In this document: positions 55,820 to 63,316 of the stretch, piece by piece
Numbering within the stretch: the first letter of the stretch is position 1
Layout: each line of letters starts with the position of its first letter
Origin: Escherichia phage HansTraber_Bas100
Length of the DNA stretch: 64,000 nt
Reading direction: 5' to 3' (one strand)
Sequence record: PQ850605.1
Position numbers and translations under genes: made by a program
Notes under the pieces: model-generated
The model's input: the letters and a program-made list of their open reading frames with translations, nothing else
The model's database searches: none
Told to the model about the DNA's origin: nothing

Positions 55820-56446
55820 TTAGATAATCTGGAATGTGTAGGACTTGTTGCCGAACTCGAAGTTCAAGCGTCCAGCTTCCTTAAGCTTCATGCGGAAGCG
55901 AATGTGCTTGCTATCCGGTAATCCCAGCGCGGCGAACGCTACGCGGACCGATTTGAACTCGCCTACACCCTCGACCATGACACCGTTACGGGTGAGACGC
56001 TTTTGCGCCACTTCCTTATTATCCCAGCTTTTTGCAATACCTTCGCTATTCGAACGGCGATGGGAAGGAGTTCCATTTTGCACTACGCAATTTGCACTAT
56101 CGTTTAAACCGCTCTTAACGAAGGCTTCATACTCTTCGTCGGTCATCGCGTCGAGTTCTTCCTGGGTCGGCTCGGCCTTTTTAACGACCGCACGCGCCTT
56201 ATGCGTTTTTACATCGCTGGGCACTTCCTCGCGCGACTTCGCGTCTGGGATGGGCGACTCGTTGGACGGCTCATCGAGCGCGTTTAAGGACTCGATTAAC
56301 GCTATTACGCGAGTCTCGGCGGTCCGGCGGTCCGCAAATTTTTTGATCGGCTTCGAACCGGAATTTGCATTGTAAAATGCAACGAGGTCGGCGGTCTTAG
56401 TTGCGATAACGTCGCCGCTAGTCGAGAAACGATTTAAGCTAACCAT
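55820..56446 (-). CDS. hypothetical two-domain protein (208 aa) of the foreign cassette
   Basis: ATG with AGGAG RBS; structured N- and C-terminal regions separated by an acidic low-complexity linker; contains motif copies at 56075-56100; CpG-rich codon usage. Confidence 0.5.
   Translation of the reverse strand: MVSLNRFSTSGDVIATKTADLVAFYNANSGSKPIKKFADRRTAETRVIALIESLNALDEPSNESPIPDAKSREEVPSDVKTHKARAVVKKAEPTQEELDAMTDEEYEAFVKSGLNDSANCVVQNGTPSHRRSNSEGIAKSWDNKEVAQKRLTRNGVMVEGVGEFKSVRVAFAALGLPDSKHIRFRMKLKEAGRLNFEFGNKSYTFQII
56075..56100 (+). repeat. two adjacent motif copies (ATTTTGCACTAC, AATTTGCACTAT) inside the 208-aa gene
   Basis: Read directly; on the coding strand they translate as D-S-A-N-C-V-V-Q-N. 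Confidence 0.6.
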
Positions 56447-56526
56447 AATGAACTCCTATTTGTTAGGGCGCTAGGCGCGAAAGAATTTTATTAAAGCGCC
56501 GCGCACGACGCTCTAAAAATCCTCTC

Positions 56527-56811
56527 TTACGCTTCGACGAGGGAGAAGGTCTCAAATTCTTCTTCGCCCATAACGAGTAAGATGTTACCGATTTCGACCG
56601 CTTCGAAGAAGTATCCGTTAACGTTTACTTCGAAGGCTTCGCGGTCCGATTCCGGTAACGCCGCGTAAAGTTTAAAAGCCTCGGCGACCGTTACCCCACC
56701 CGCCTCGATAGTTTGGTCTACGTTCGCGGCGTAGACTTCGGATAAAATTTGTTTTACGCCGTAGTTCTCGACGATAGCGTTACGAATAGAAGAAACGTTA
56801 AGAATAGCCAT
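56527..56811 (-). CDS. small acidic protein, paralog family member 1 (94 aa)
   Basis: AGGAG RBS; shares SEVYAANVDQTIE and VNVNGYFFEAVEIG blocks with 57445..57735; net charge about -12. Confidence 0.5.
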   Translation of the reverse strand: MAILNVSSIRNAIVENYGVKQILSEVYAANVDQTIEAGGVTVAEAFKLYAALPESDREAFEVNVNGYFFEAVEIGNILLVMGEEEFETFSLVEA

Positions 56812-56834
56812 TTTAAACTCCTAGTTGGGAGAGG

Positions 56835-56860
56835 CGTTAACGACCTATTCGTTAACTCAT
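56835..56860 (-). promoter_or_regulatory. 5' leader element: mini-uORF (ATG-AGT-TAA) overlapping a hairpin GTTAACG-AATAGGT-CGTTAAC
   Basis: Conserved with the leader of 57445..57735; stem differs but stays complementary, loop AATAGGT identical. Confidence 0.45.
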
Positions 56861-56879
56861 CCCGTCCCGATATGAGTAC

Positions 56880-56907
56880 ATTATAATATAGTGTAGAAAA
56901 AAGTAAA
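56880..56907 (-). promoter_or_regulatory. cassette promoter P1 (TTTACT-17-TATAAT on the - strand)
   Basis: - strand reads GTGCTTTACTTTTTTCTACACTATATTATAATG, near-identical to P3. Confidence 0.45.
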
Positions 56908-56917
56908 GCACTTTTTC

Positions 56918-56944
56918 GATAAAAATGAGATAAATTATTTTATC
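56918..56944. promoter_or_regulatory. palindromic operator-like element between divergent promoters (GATAAAAA-11-TTTTTATC)
   Basis: 8-bp inverted repeat centred between the -35 elements of P1 and P2. Confidence 0.35.
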
Positions 56945-56951
56945 TTTTTTC

Positions 56952-56979
56952 TTTACTTCTTCGTACACTCGCGTATACT
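56952..56979 (+). promoter_or_regulatory. cassette promoter P2 (TTTACT-16-TATACT)
   Basis: CTTTACTTCTTCGTACACTCGCGTATACT shares the TTTACTTCTTCGTACACT block with P3. Confidence 0.4.
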
Positions 56980-57035
56980 TGTTTATATCGAGACGGGCGA
57001 TGGCCCTTCCTTCTACTAGCATCGGGAGTTTTATT

Positions 57036-57338
57036 ATGACTACTTTAATCTCTTCTATCCTTACTTACGACGAAGACCGTTTAACCGTTCGTTCTCTTAT
57101 CGCCGCCGTTAACGCGGAACTAGAATCCACCATCATTAAGGTCCGCGCGGTCGCTTTCGTCGGGCTTTCCTTCGACGATATGAAATACGCCGAACGTAGC
57201 GCCATCCGCTTCGCGAAGACCGACGACGAAGCCGTTACCCTTATCGAGACGGTTACGCCTCACGGCGAAGCGTTAATTATCGTCGAGTATATCGACGTAG
57301 AAGGCGATAAAGCTTATAAACATTTTATCGCAAAATAA
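57036..57338 (+). CDS. small acidic protein, possible divergent paralog family member 2 (100 aa)
   Basis: ATG with GGGAG RBS 7 nt upstream; an in-frame upstream ATG at 57000 is also possible; N-terminus MTTL resembles the other two. Confidence 0.45.
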   Translation: MTTLISSILTYDEDRLTVRSLIAAVNAELESTIIKVRAVAFVGLSFDDMKYAERSAIRFAKTDDEAVTLIETVTPHGEALIIVEYIDVEGDKAYKHFIAK

Positions 57339-57348
57339 CGAAAAGTGC

Positions 57349-57377
57349 TTTACTTCTTCGTACACTAAGACTATAAT
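57349..57377 (+). promoter_or_regulatory. cassette promoter P3 (TTTACT-17-TATAAT)
   Basis: GTGCTTTACTTCTTCGTACACTAAGACTATAATG upstream of 57445..57735. Confidence 0.45.
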
Positions 57378-57395
57378 GTTTTATATCGAGAGGGG

Positions 57396-57419
57396 ATGAG
57401 GTAGCGAATAGGTCGCTAC
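57396..57419 (+). promoter_or_regulatory. 5' leader element: mini-uORF (ATG-AGG-TAG) overlapping a hairpin GTAGCG-AATAGGT-CGCTAC
   Basis: Counterpart of the 56835..56860 element with compensatory stem changes. Confidence 0.45.
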
Positions 57420-57444
57420 CCGCCCGACCAACTAGGAGATTATT

Positions 57445-57735
57445 ATGATTACTTTAGCCGCTATCCGTTCCGCTCGCGTCGAGACTTCCGAAAACTCTAA
57501 CGTATTTGGCGAGACTTTAGAGAGCGTTTATCTCTCTAACGTCGACGCGACTATCGAGTCTATTTATGAGCCGATCAACTTCCTCGACCTTTACAAGTAT
57601 CGCGACGAGGACATCGTATCGTCCCGCGTAACGATCAACGGCTTCGTTTATACGATTACCGAAATCGGCGGCGAATATATCGCGGTCCCGCAACTCGGCG
57701 GCGAAGTAACTTATTTTAAAATCGTCTCCTTATAA
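57445..57735 (+). CDS. small acidic protein, paralog family member 3 (96 aa)
   Basis: AGGAG RBS; ESVYLSNVDATIES and VTINGFVYTITEIGG blocks shared with 56527..56811. Confidence 0.5.
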   Translation: MITLAAIRSARVETSENSNVFGETLESVYLSNVDATIESIYEPINFLDLYKYRDEDIVSSRVTINGFVYTITEIGGEYIAVPQLGGEVTYFKIVSL

Positions 57736-57755
57736 TACCCTTCCGTTACTAATAG

Positions 57756-57780
57756 GCCGCGCTTAGTCGCGGCTTTTCTT
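57756..57780 (+). terminator. rho-independent terminator (GCCGCG-CTTAGT-CGCGGC + TTTTCTT)
   Basis: Perfect 6-bp GC stem followed by a T-run 20 nt after the stop of 57445..57735. Confidence 0.6.
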
Positions 57781-57900
57781 CGTCCCTATCTCGTTGCGCT
57801 CCTACGCGAAAACTCCTTTATCCTTCCCTTCGTCGTCGCATAATCTTCGTCGGTATGCGCCTTAGTTCGCATAACAGGTATTACGTTAAATGGAGAACAT

Positions 57901-57973
57901 CGCGTAAGTCCTTGTTTTATATAGACACCTATATCGGACCGTTAGGGCGGGTCGCGTAAGTCGTTGTTTTATA
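57901..57973 (+). repeat. 21-bp direct repeat CGCGTAAGTC(C/G)TTGTTTTATA, two copies 52 bp apart
   Basis: Copies at 57901-57921 and 57953-57973 inside the 0.6-kb non-coding stretch; palindrome ATATAG-ACAC-CTATAT between them. Confidence 0.55.
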
Positions 57974-58202
57974 AAGGCGCAAAACTTTCCCTTCGTTCCG
58001 AACTAAAACGAGAAATATGCGGACCCTTCGCTCGAAAATAGTACGCATGCGAAATTACCGACATCTAGAATAATCCCCATCGATATTATCCTACGCGCAA
58101 CCATTCGCTTTCGAATTGTAACGCTGGAAACTGTAACGGCGATTGATTATTGCGTTCGTGTGGTTTTTAGGGCATGGGTCTTTTGGTGCGTTTTGCTACT
58201 TG

Positions 58203-58318
58203 ATGGAATTTGCAGTACACTAATCAAAATACGACACATTTGGTCCACTAACTTTTCAAAGAAAAAGTCCTAGACAGTACCGTACTATTTTGTATCCACA
58301 GGAAATTTGCAGTACACT
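58203..58318 (+). repeat. two copies of 17-bp GGAA(A)TTTGCAGTACACT, a variant of the left-end motif
   Basis: Copies at 58203-58219 and 58301-58318; palindrome CAGTACCGTACT between them at 58274-58286. Confidence 0.55.
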
Positions 58319-58390
58319 CCTGCGCGCGGCAGGCAAAATAAAGGGCCGCACTAAGCGACCCACGATTCACGGTTAAATCAACAACACCCA

Positions 58391-58771
58391 CTATTCACTC
58401 TTATGGGCATCACCAAATCCATCAGCAATCTGGCTGATCAACGACTCAATGGACACAGTTTTACCAATTGATCGAGCGGTTATGGCGAGCATATTATCAA
58501 TCAAACCGTGATTAACACAATACTCTGGAGATTTAGAATCATCTTCAGAACAACCAAAAAGCTGGTCGCGCAGACTTTCAAGAGAACGCTCAATATTTTC
58601 CAACTTCTCTTCTAAATCGGATTGGCGACGTAAAACCCATGTCAAGTCACGGTTGCCAACTTCCAATCCATCAGAATAGCAAGGTGGAGCGTCAATTTTG
58701 ATGCTGGAACCAAAAGCAGTGCCGCTGCCTTTAGTATAAGTATGGCTCATAGAATCATTTTTATTTGACAT
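58391..58771 (-). CDS. hypothetical protein
   Basis: Internal ATG at 58771 with AGGTAA RBS; phage-like composition resumes here. Confidence 0.4.
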   Translation of the reverse strand: MSNKNDSMSHTYTKGSGTAFGSSIKIDAPPCYSDGLEVGNRDLTWVLRRQSDLEEKLENIERSLESLRDQLFGCSEDDSKSPEYCVNHGLIDNMLAITARSIGKTVSIESLISQIADGFGDAHKSE

Positions 58772-58846
58772 ATCATTACCTTTAATATTTGGGTGATTAA
58801 CAATAACTATAATAAAGCCGCATAGCGCGGCATTCAAATCGATTTA

Positions 58847-59095
58847 TTAATTGTGACGATTGGATTCATCAATCGATACCAATTGTGCAGGGTCGCCGGA
58901 CACCGTTGCGTCGATGATTCCCATTTGAGAGAAAAATTCTGAATAAACTTCTTTCCAGTACTTGCGCGCAGCTTTCTGGGCCTGCCCTTTGCGCTTGTAA
59001 CTTTTTCCTTGAAAGATGAAGCGGTCGTTTGCTGCGTTATACTCCACCACACCTTCCAGCCATTGTAAGAATGCTGCTGATTCATTTTGATTCAT
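58847..59095 (-). CDS. hypothetical protein
   Basis: ORF track. Confidence 0.4.
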   Translation of the reverse strand: MNQNESAAFLQWLEGVVEYNAANDRFIFQGKSYKRKGQAQKAARKYWKEVYSEFFSQMGIIDATVSGDPAQLVSIDESNRHN

Positions 59096-59102
59096 GTTAA
59101 CC

Positions 59103-59498
59103 TCAATATTTTAATAAGAAAGCACCCAACCAACTTTCCTCAATCTCGCGGCCAGTAGCCACACGGTCGGTCTTGGCTATGGGTCTGGATTCGCCGCAGG
59201 GCAATCCGTCCTGTAGTTGTGTACTATTGCCAATTCTCACCAGAATCTTTCCATCAGGGTCGATATAAGCGCGACAGCCCATGATTTCGAGCCGTTGTAG
59301 ACACTGGCGAATCGTTTTCAGCTTCTCACCGGACCGGATAGAGCGCGGTCGCGACCGCTGACCATTCTTATTCACTGTACGCTTGAAGACCGGAATATCA
59401 TTGGTGCGTTGCGGCTTCGGTCGGTAGTAGGCTTCTTCGCCAGGAGTCGCGCCTGGCGTCAGTTCGCGCTTAAGCGCCTTTTCAATATCAATGATCAT
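59103..59498 (-). CDS. hypothetical basic protein
   Basis: ORF track. Confidence 0.4.
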   Translation of the reverse strand: MIIDIEKALKRELTPGATPGEEAYYRPKPQRTNDIPVFKRTVNKNGQRSRPRSIRSGEKLKTIRQCLQRLEIMGCRAYIDPDGKILVRIGNSTQLQDGLPCGESRPIAKTDRVATGREIEESWLGAFLLKY

Positions 59499-59592
59499 AA
59501 TTCATGCCGCAGCAGCGTGAATGATTGCGTAAACAATTCCTAACAGGGCGACGACACAAACCGTGCCCCAAAATGCAAAGCGCCTTGCTTCT

Positions 59593-59880
59593 TTATCCAT
59601 TAGACCCTTCTCCGCTGTTAATGTTGTCTAGAATCAAGGTTGGAATTTCATCTTGAGTCCTGACTTTGTAATGCGAAGGCATCTTGCTTTCTAACAATGC
59701 CTGTTCTGCTTCTCCCTTTGTCTCAAAGAGCGGGATGCACCAATCAACTGCATTGCCGTGTTCATCACTATTGACGGCCTTCAAAAAGACAAGTCGTTTG
59801 TCTGCAGGGTCGATTCCGCAAATTAAGTATTTTGGAAGAGCCTTTGCTTTCTGAGCCTTATCAATATCTTCAAATTTCAT
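59593..59880 (-). CDS. hypothetical protein
   Basis: Internal ATG at 59880 with GAGGTG RBS. Confidence 0.4.
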   Translation of the reverse strand: MKFEDIDKAQKAKALPKYLICGIDPADKRLVFLKAVNSDEHGNAVDWCIPLFETKGEAEQALLESKMPSHYKVRTQDEIPTLILDNINSGEGSNG

Positions 59881-59927
59881 AAAACACCTCACTTGTTAAC
59901 GTATAATGAGTATAACTTAATTGCGCA

Positions 59928-59952
59928 TAAAGTAAAGGCGCTGAAAAGCGCC
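59928..59952 (-). terminator. terminator-like hairpin downstream of the second tail-fibre gene
   Basis: GGCGCTGAAAAGCGCC hairpin; on the - strand followed by a T-rich run. Confidence 0.4.
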
Positions 59953-59961
59953 TTGAGTGAA

Positions 59962-62295
59962 TTATTTTGCTGCTTTCAGCGCGGCTATCTCTGCCTCTAG
60001 GGATTCAACTTTTTTCATCAACTCCTGCACCACGTGCATAGTATCCAAGAGCATAGGCGTGGTGTCAAGTTGCTTTTGCTCGACCTCTACACCTTCACTC
60101 GGATAAAACTTCACCGTTTTTACATACAACGGGTCGATTATCTCTGCTTTTTGAGCGATGACGCCCCTTCTTACCCTTTCCTTTTCATCATTGTTGTAGA
60201 TGAACGTTACATACTCCAGCGATGAAAGGTTGCTCCATGCCTTTTCAACCGTTCCTGGTTGTATGTCATGCTTCAAATTCTCATCAGAGATGGCATTCTT
60301 CTGAAGAGTGTAAAAGCTATCTGATCCAAGAATTGACACAGAGAAAAATACATCATGAGAGTTAGGCTGTATGTTCATCCTTGTCTGGTACTGAGCGTTG
60401 TCATCACCAACAACAAGCCAAGTCCCCTGCGCAAAACTTCCGTTATTATTATGGATCAAACCGTGATGAAGAGTGGTTGCATAGCCTGTATCTACTTGTT
60501 GACCGCCGCTGAAAAGGCTGTTGAATGCATAGTTTTGACCTATTGACTGTCTCACCGTTGCATAAGTGCCGATTCTTGTGCCAGTCTCGCTCCAAGACAT
60601 GAGACTTCCATATCTCGCAGCAAATCTGTCACTGCTAAGGGTGCCCGCATCGTCAAATGCAAGGTCCTTAGTCACCCCTTTTGTTTTATTGTACACAGAC
60701 AGGATTGCATAATAAAGCCCATCCATGTATGCATCACACCGCAATCCAGCATCTGCTTCAACAACAGCACCAATTTTGTATTGTGCTCTTACCTGCCCTG
60801 AAGATGCCTTGACTCCTGAACCTGGGCGAACAGCATCAGCATTGATGACTTGCCATTGCGTATTCGCAGCAACAAATCCACCCGATGCACGAATCACCCA
60901 AACGCCAACAAAGTTACGCGGAACGATTTCCGCTGCTGAACGACCATAAACAGGACTGCAGCGAGAAGCGTCAAAGTTTGTTTGTATGAATCTTGACCCA
61001 GAGCCTGCTGCCGCAGGAGAGTCACCCGAAGTGATTGACTGAAAAGCACCGTTAGTCGCCACCTGGCTTGGCGCAGAAGCCAATGTCACCATTGTGTGCG
61101 GCGCTGCGTAAGTTATATTTGGAGCGCCTGATTCAGACACGATACCGTTGGATGATGAATTCCCGCCGTCACCCCTGCCGAATAAGGCTTGTATGGAACC
61201 GGTCTGGACACCATTTCTGTCTGGTACACGGAATGTCGTTGTGCCGTTACCCAGAGAATATTTGCCGCGTTTCGCTGGGTCCGCTAACCAATCTGCATCT
61301 GCAATAGGTGAAAGCATTTGCGCATACGCCCAAAGCTCAGGCCAGTCCGCACGGTTTAGCAACTGTCCATCAGCAACGACTTCATACGGTTGGATGTAGG
61401 CGCGACTGTCGCGCAAGTGGAAGTCGCCAACACCATAGTTCATAACGCCGTTCATACTTGGTCCAACGGTGCCTGTGCTTACTAAATTCTCAACCCAACG
61501 CTTAGTCGCGGCATCATAATCATTAACGGGGTCGCCAGCCAGTGGTGTTGAGCCTTGTGGACGAATATTCAACCATGCTTGCGCATTGTCTGCTGATCCG
61601 GTGCCGCCCATGGAAGTTGGGACGATGTTTTGATCAGCAACAGTCCCGAATCCAAAAGCAGACTTCATTCCTTGGATGGTAGTTTGGCCTGTGCCGCCAT
61701 TTACTACAGGGATTACGCTTGACTCGGAGTAAATCATTACCCAAGAAGACCATGATTGAGTTTCCATGGTGAATCTTCTTTGATATGTATTGTTGGAATC
61801 GAATGTCGTATATCGCTGAATGCAACTTTCTGCGATAACGCCAGTTTGCAATACTTCTAATATTCCTGCTTGCTGCGCAGGGTAGTTCAGCGCGGAAGAA
61901 GCACCACCGTTTGAATTTTGGAAGTATTGCCCAAACCAAGTCCCTGTAAGGGCATTGAGATTCATGCCGGACGGAACAATACCAAAATTTCGGACAGTGC
62001 CTGTCAAAGTGGCAGCAGTGGTTCGAATGGAAAGCATGTCACCAGCCGCCCATGCACGCGCTGCAGTTCCTTCCTGCGCACGCTGCACGGTTAGCACGTT
62101 TCCAACTACGGCTGTTACTGTGACGATTTCAAATTGGAGGCCTGTTGCAGCGTCGACGATTGTCGCCACTACACGCTCGTTCGCGCCCAAGGTCGGAAAG
62201 CCCGACCCTGAGCGGATTGTGATTGTGGTGTCTGAAGTCGTCGTTGGCTGGGCAAGCGCGACCTCAAAGTTGTTTTTGAATATTAGCCTTGGCAT
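59962..62295 (-). CDS. tail fibre / tailspike with C-terminal intramolecular chaperone (peptidase S74-like) domain
   Basis: 777 aa; C-terminus ...QKNAISDENLKHDIQPGTVEKAWSNLSSLEYVTFIY...LEAEIAALKAAK matches the autoproteolytic chaperone domain of endosialidase-type fibres. Confidence 0.65.
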   Translation of the reverse strand: MPRLIFKNNFEVALAQPTTTSDTTITIRSGSGFPTLGANERVVATIVDAATGLQFEIVTVTAVVGNVLTVQRAQEGTAARAWAAGDMLSIRTTAATLTGTVRNFGIVPSGMNLNALTGTWFGQYFQNSNGGASSALNYPAQQAGILEVLQTGVIAESCIQRYTTFDSNNTYQRRFTMETQSWSSWVMIYSESSVIPVVNGGTGQTTIQGMKSAFGFGTVADQNIVPTSMGGTGSADNAQAWLNIRPQGSTPLAGDPVNDYDAATKRWVENLVSTGTVGPSMNGVMNYGVGDFHLRDSRAYIQPYEVVADGQLLNRADWPELWAYAQMLSPIADADWLADPAKRGKYSLGNGTTTFRVPDRNGVQTGSIQALFGRGDGGNSSSNGIVSESGAPNITYAAPHTMVTLASAPSQVATNGAFQSITSGDSPAAAGSGSRFIQTNFDASRCSPVYGRSAAEIVPRNFVGVWVIRASGGFVAANTQWQVINADAVRPGSGVKASSGQVRAQYKIGAVVEADAGLRCDAYMDGLYYAILSVYNKTKGVTKDLAFDDAGTLSSDRFAARYGSLMSWSETGTRIGTYATVRQSIGQNYAFNSLFSGGQQVDTGYATTLHHGLIHNNNGSFAQGTWLVVGDDNAQYQTRMNIQPNSHDVFFSVSILGSDSFYTLQKNAISDENLKHDIQPGTVEKAWSNLSSLEYVTFIYNNDEKERVRRGVIAQKAEIIDPLYVKTVKFYPSEGVEVEQKQLDTTPMLLDTMHVVQELMKKVESLEAEIAALKAAK

Positions 62296-62333
62296 TTTAC
62301 GGTCCTCGTTTTGTCGACAACCGTATTATAACC

Positions 62334-62675
62334 TTAATTTCTTTTGAGAGGAATATGACGGTGGCTGCCATTATTTGGTTTAATAATGAGCATAAAAACG
62401 ATTAGAAAGATGATGGCTGATATACTTAATTCAATCAGCGCGGCTTGAGATATAGATTGATCTTCATGATACTGCTTTTGCATTTCCGCTTTCTTCTGAG
62501 CGCAAACTTCAGGTGATATGTAATCGCCTTTTGAGTTGCCATAATAAATTTCACCGTTTTCAGAAATCAGTCTGCCGCAAATATCCGTTTCAGCCTTTGC
62601 GCTTGACATCATAATAACGGTGCCGATGATAGCGGCGATAGTCCAGATTAGCAGTTGTGATAAAGTGTTGTTCAT
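62334..62675 (-). CDS. membrane protein (113 aa)
   Basis: Internal ATG at 62675 with AAGAGG RBS; N-terminal signal/TM segment and C-terminal TM segment LIELSISAIIFLIVFMLII. Confidence 0.4.
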   Translation of the reverse strand: MNNTLSQLLIWTIAAIIGTVIMMSSAKAETDICGRLISENGEIYYGNSKGDYISPEVCAQKKAEMQKQYHEDQSISQAALIELSISAIIFLIVFMLIIKPNNGSHRHIPLKRN

Positions 62676-62871
62676 GATAACCTCTTTAAATTCCCTTCCC
62701 GAAGTGGGAAGGGTGATAATTATTTTACGCGAAAGAATAGGCGCGTACCACACAGCGAGTCCCAACGGCCTTCGCCATCCCATACCGACCCAACGCCAGC
62801 GGTGATGACGCCAGCAGAATTGGCGGCATTGGCCCAGGCAAGACGTTTCAACTTCCAACTGCACCAACGAT

Positions 62872-63123
62872 TCACAGTTCGTCTCCAGATTGCAAAATCA
62901 GACCTGTATAGAGTATTGCCAGAGCTAAAGGCGCACCGCTTCCAGCCTCTCTATTCTCTTTAATTTGAAGCGTGTCCTTAAGGAATTGCAATTGAACGTT
63001 AAATTCATTTTCAATCCCAAGCACCACGGCCAATTCTTTTACAGAATCTGCATATGTCTTATCTAGCACTTCTTTTGGTACTTTTAAAGTTAATTCACTT
63101 GCCATTTTCTTTCCACTCCACAA
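62872..63123 (-). CDS. hypothetical protein
   Basis: ORF track. Confidence 0.35.
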   Translation of the reverse strand: MWSGKKMASELTLKVPKEVLDKTYADSVKELAVVLGIENEFNVQLQFLKDTLQIKENREAGSGAPLALAILYTGLILQSGDEL

Positions 63124-63316
63124 ATGTGCTGCCGATTGTTTCTCTGTTTAGCAGGTATCTGCCGCGCATTCCATGAAGGCTAAACTCAACCGTCGATGGA
63201 TTAGATTTTGAAAGCCACATCGCTTGACCGTCGAATGGACCGCCTACGCATGTATATTTCGCTTTTGGCTCACTCCTTTTGGGACGTTTTGCCCGCTCTT
63301 TTATTGATAGTCTCAT
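63095..63316 (-). CDS. hypothetical basic protein
   Basis: ORF track. Confidence 0.35.
   Translation of the reverse strand: MRLSIKERAKRPKRSEPKAKYTCVGGPFDGQAMWLSKSNPSTVEFSLHGMRGRYLLNRETIGSTFVEWKENGK

Noticed and set aside
54894-56100. Motif array as a CRISPR array
   Set aside because: Repeat unit is only 11-13 bp, spacing is irregular (14-311 bp), copies occur inside a protein-coding gene and no cas genes are present.
54894-56100. Motif as a T7-like single-subunit RNA polymerase promoter (shares CACTAT) or a sigma54 promoter (shares TTGCA)
   Set aside because: Conserved part is much shorter than a 23-bp T7-class promoter, no single-subunit RNA polymerase gene is in the window, and no GG element lies at the -24 position; kept only as an alternative in the findings.
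55392-58390. Cassette as an integrative element with its own integrase or transposase
   Set aside because: No recombinase-like ORF is present; flanking repeats are direct and imperfect, so the mobilisation mechanism remains open.
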